From positions 134,537 through 198,536 of the forward strand of contig NIVC01001690.1 of assembly GCA_002269645.1 (NCBI GenBank): a stretch of 64,000 nt of DNA. The letters run 5' to 3'. Source of the DNA: Macrostomum lignano (taxonomy: Eukaryota). The stretch's first letter is position 1. The number at the start of each line of letters is the position of its first letter. Positions 63,010 to 64,000 of this stretch are shown here, piece after piece. The notes below the pieces were generated by a model. The model searched no databases. It had not been told where the DNA came from and saw nothing but the letters and a program-made list of their open reading frames with translations. Position numbers and translations under genes: made by a program.

Positions 63010-64000
63010 TTGGGGTGGCAGGGTAGACACTGGGGAGGCAGAGTAGACACAGGGGAGGCAGAGTAGACACTGGAAAGGCAGAGAAGACACTAGGGAGGCA
63101 GAGTAGAAACTGGGGAGGTAGAGTAGACACTGGGGAGGTAGAGTAGACACTGGAGAGGCAGAGTAGACACTGGGGAGGTAGAGTAGACACTGGGGAGGCA
63201 GGGTAGACACTGGGAAGGCAGAGTAGACACTGGGGAGGCAGAGTAGACACTGGGAAGGCATATTAGACACTGGGAAGGCATAGTAGACACTGGAGAGGCA
63301 GAGTAGACACTGGGGAGGCAGAGTAGACACTGGGGAGGCAGAGTAGACACTGGGGAGGCAGAGTAGACACTGGGAAGGCATAGTAGACACTGGAGAGGCA
63401 GAGTAGACACTGGAGAGGCAGAGTAGACACTGGAGAGGCAGAGTAGACACTGGGAAGGCATAGTAGACACTGGAGAGGCAGAGTAGACACTGGAGAGGTA
63501 GAGTAGACACCATGAGGCAGAGTAGACACCATGAGGCAGAGCGGACACCGTGAGGCAGAGCGGACACTGGGGAGGTAGAGTAGACACTGGGGAGGCAGAG
63601 TAGACACTGGGGAGGCAGAGTAGACACTGGGGAGGCAGAGTAGACACTGGGGAGGCAGAGTAGACACAATGAGGCAGAGTAGACACTGGGAAGGCATAGT
63701 AGACACTGGAGAGGCAGAGTAGACACTGGAGAGGCAGAGTAGACACTGGAGAGGCAGAGTAGACACTGGGAAGGCATAGTAGACACTGGAGAGGCAGAGT
63801 AGACACTGGAGAGGTAGAGTAGACACCATGAGGCAGAGTAGACACCATGAGGCAGAGCGGACACCGTGAGGCAGAGCGGACACTGGGGAGGTAGAGTAGA
63901 CACTGGGGAGGCAGAGTAGACACTGGGGAGGCAGAGTAGACACTGGGGAGGCAGAGTAGACACTGGGGAGGCAGAGTAGACACAATGAGGCAGAGTAGAA
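63010..64000. repeat. 20-bp minisatellite (probably intronic)
   Basis: GAGTAGACACTGGGGAGGCA units running to the window end. Confidence 0.93.

Overview
Eukaryotic (animal) genomic DNA with GC-rich exons and introns packed with micro- and minisatellites. The style suggests a flatworm such as Macrostomum, but that is inference only; no database search was run. Left part: a 3-exon RBM22/Cwc2 splicing-factor gene (+) that lacks the RRM, then a 9-exon ABHD16A-like lipase gene (+) whose 6.7-kb intron 6 holds an antisense 3-exon atypical rhodopsin-type GPCR. A 12-exon gene for a secreted protein (signal peptide, CUB, 9 LDLa modules; - strand) occurs twice (24343-30663 and 56418-61384). Its LDLa exons are frame-neutral cassettes, one module is strongly diverged between the copies, and copy 2 has a 1-bp frameshift. 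The ~24 kb between the copies is a stack of decayed and partly nested transposons: Tc1, a Mag-like Ty3/Gypsy element, a full-length Ingi-like LINE (degenerate 2A motif, partial HDV-like fold, 526-bp insertion), a Crypton-like fragment, piggyBac, a P-element/THAP transposase and an intact solo THAP ORF. Exon coordinates were derived by hand from GT/AG sites and phase consistency.
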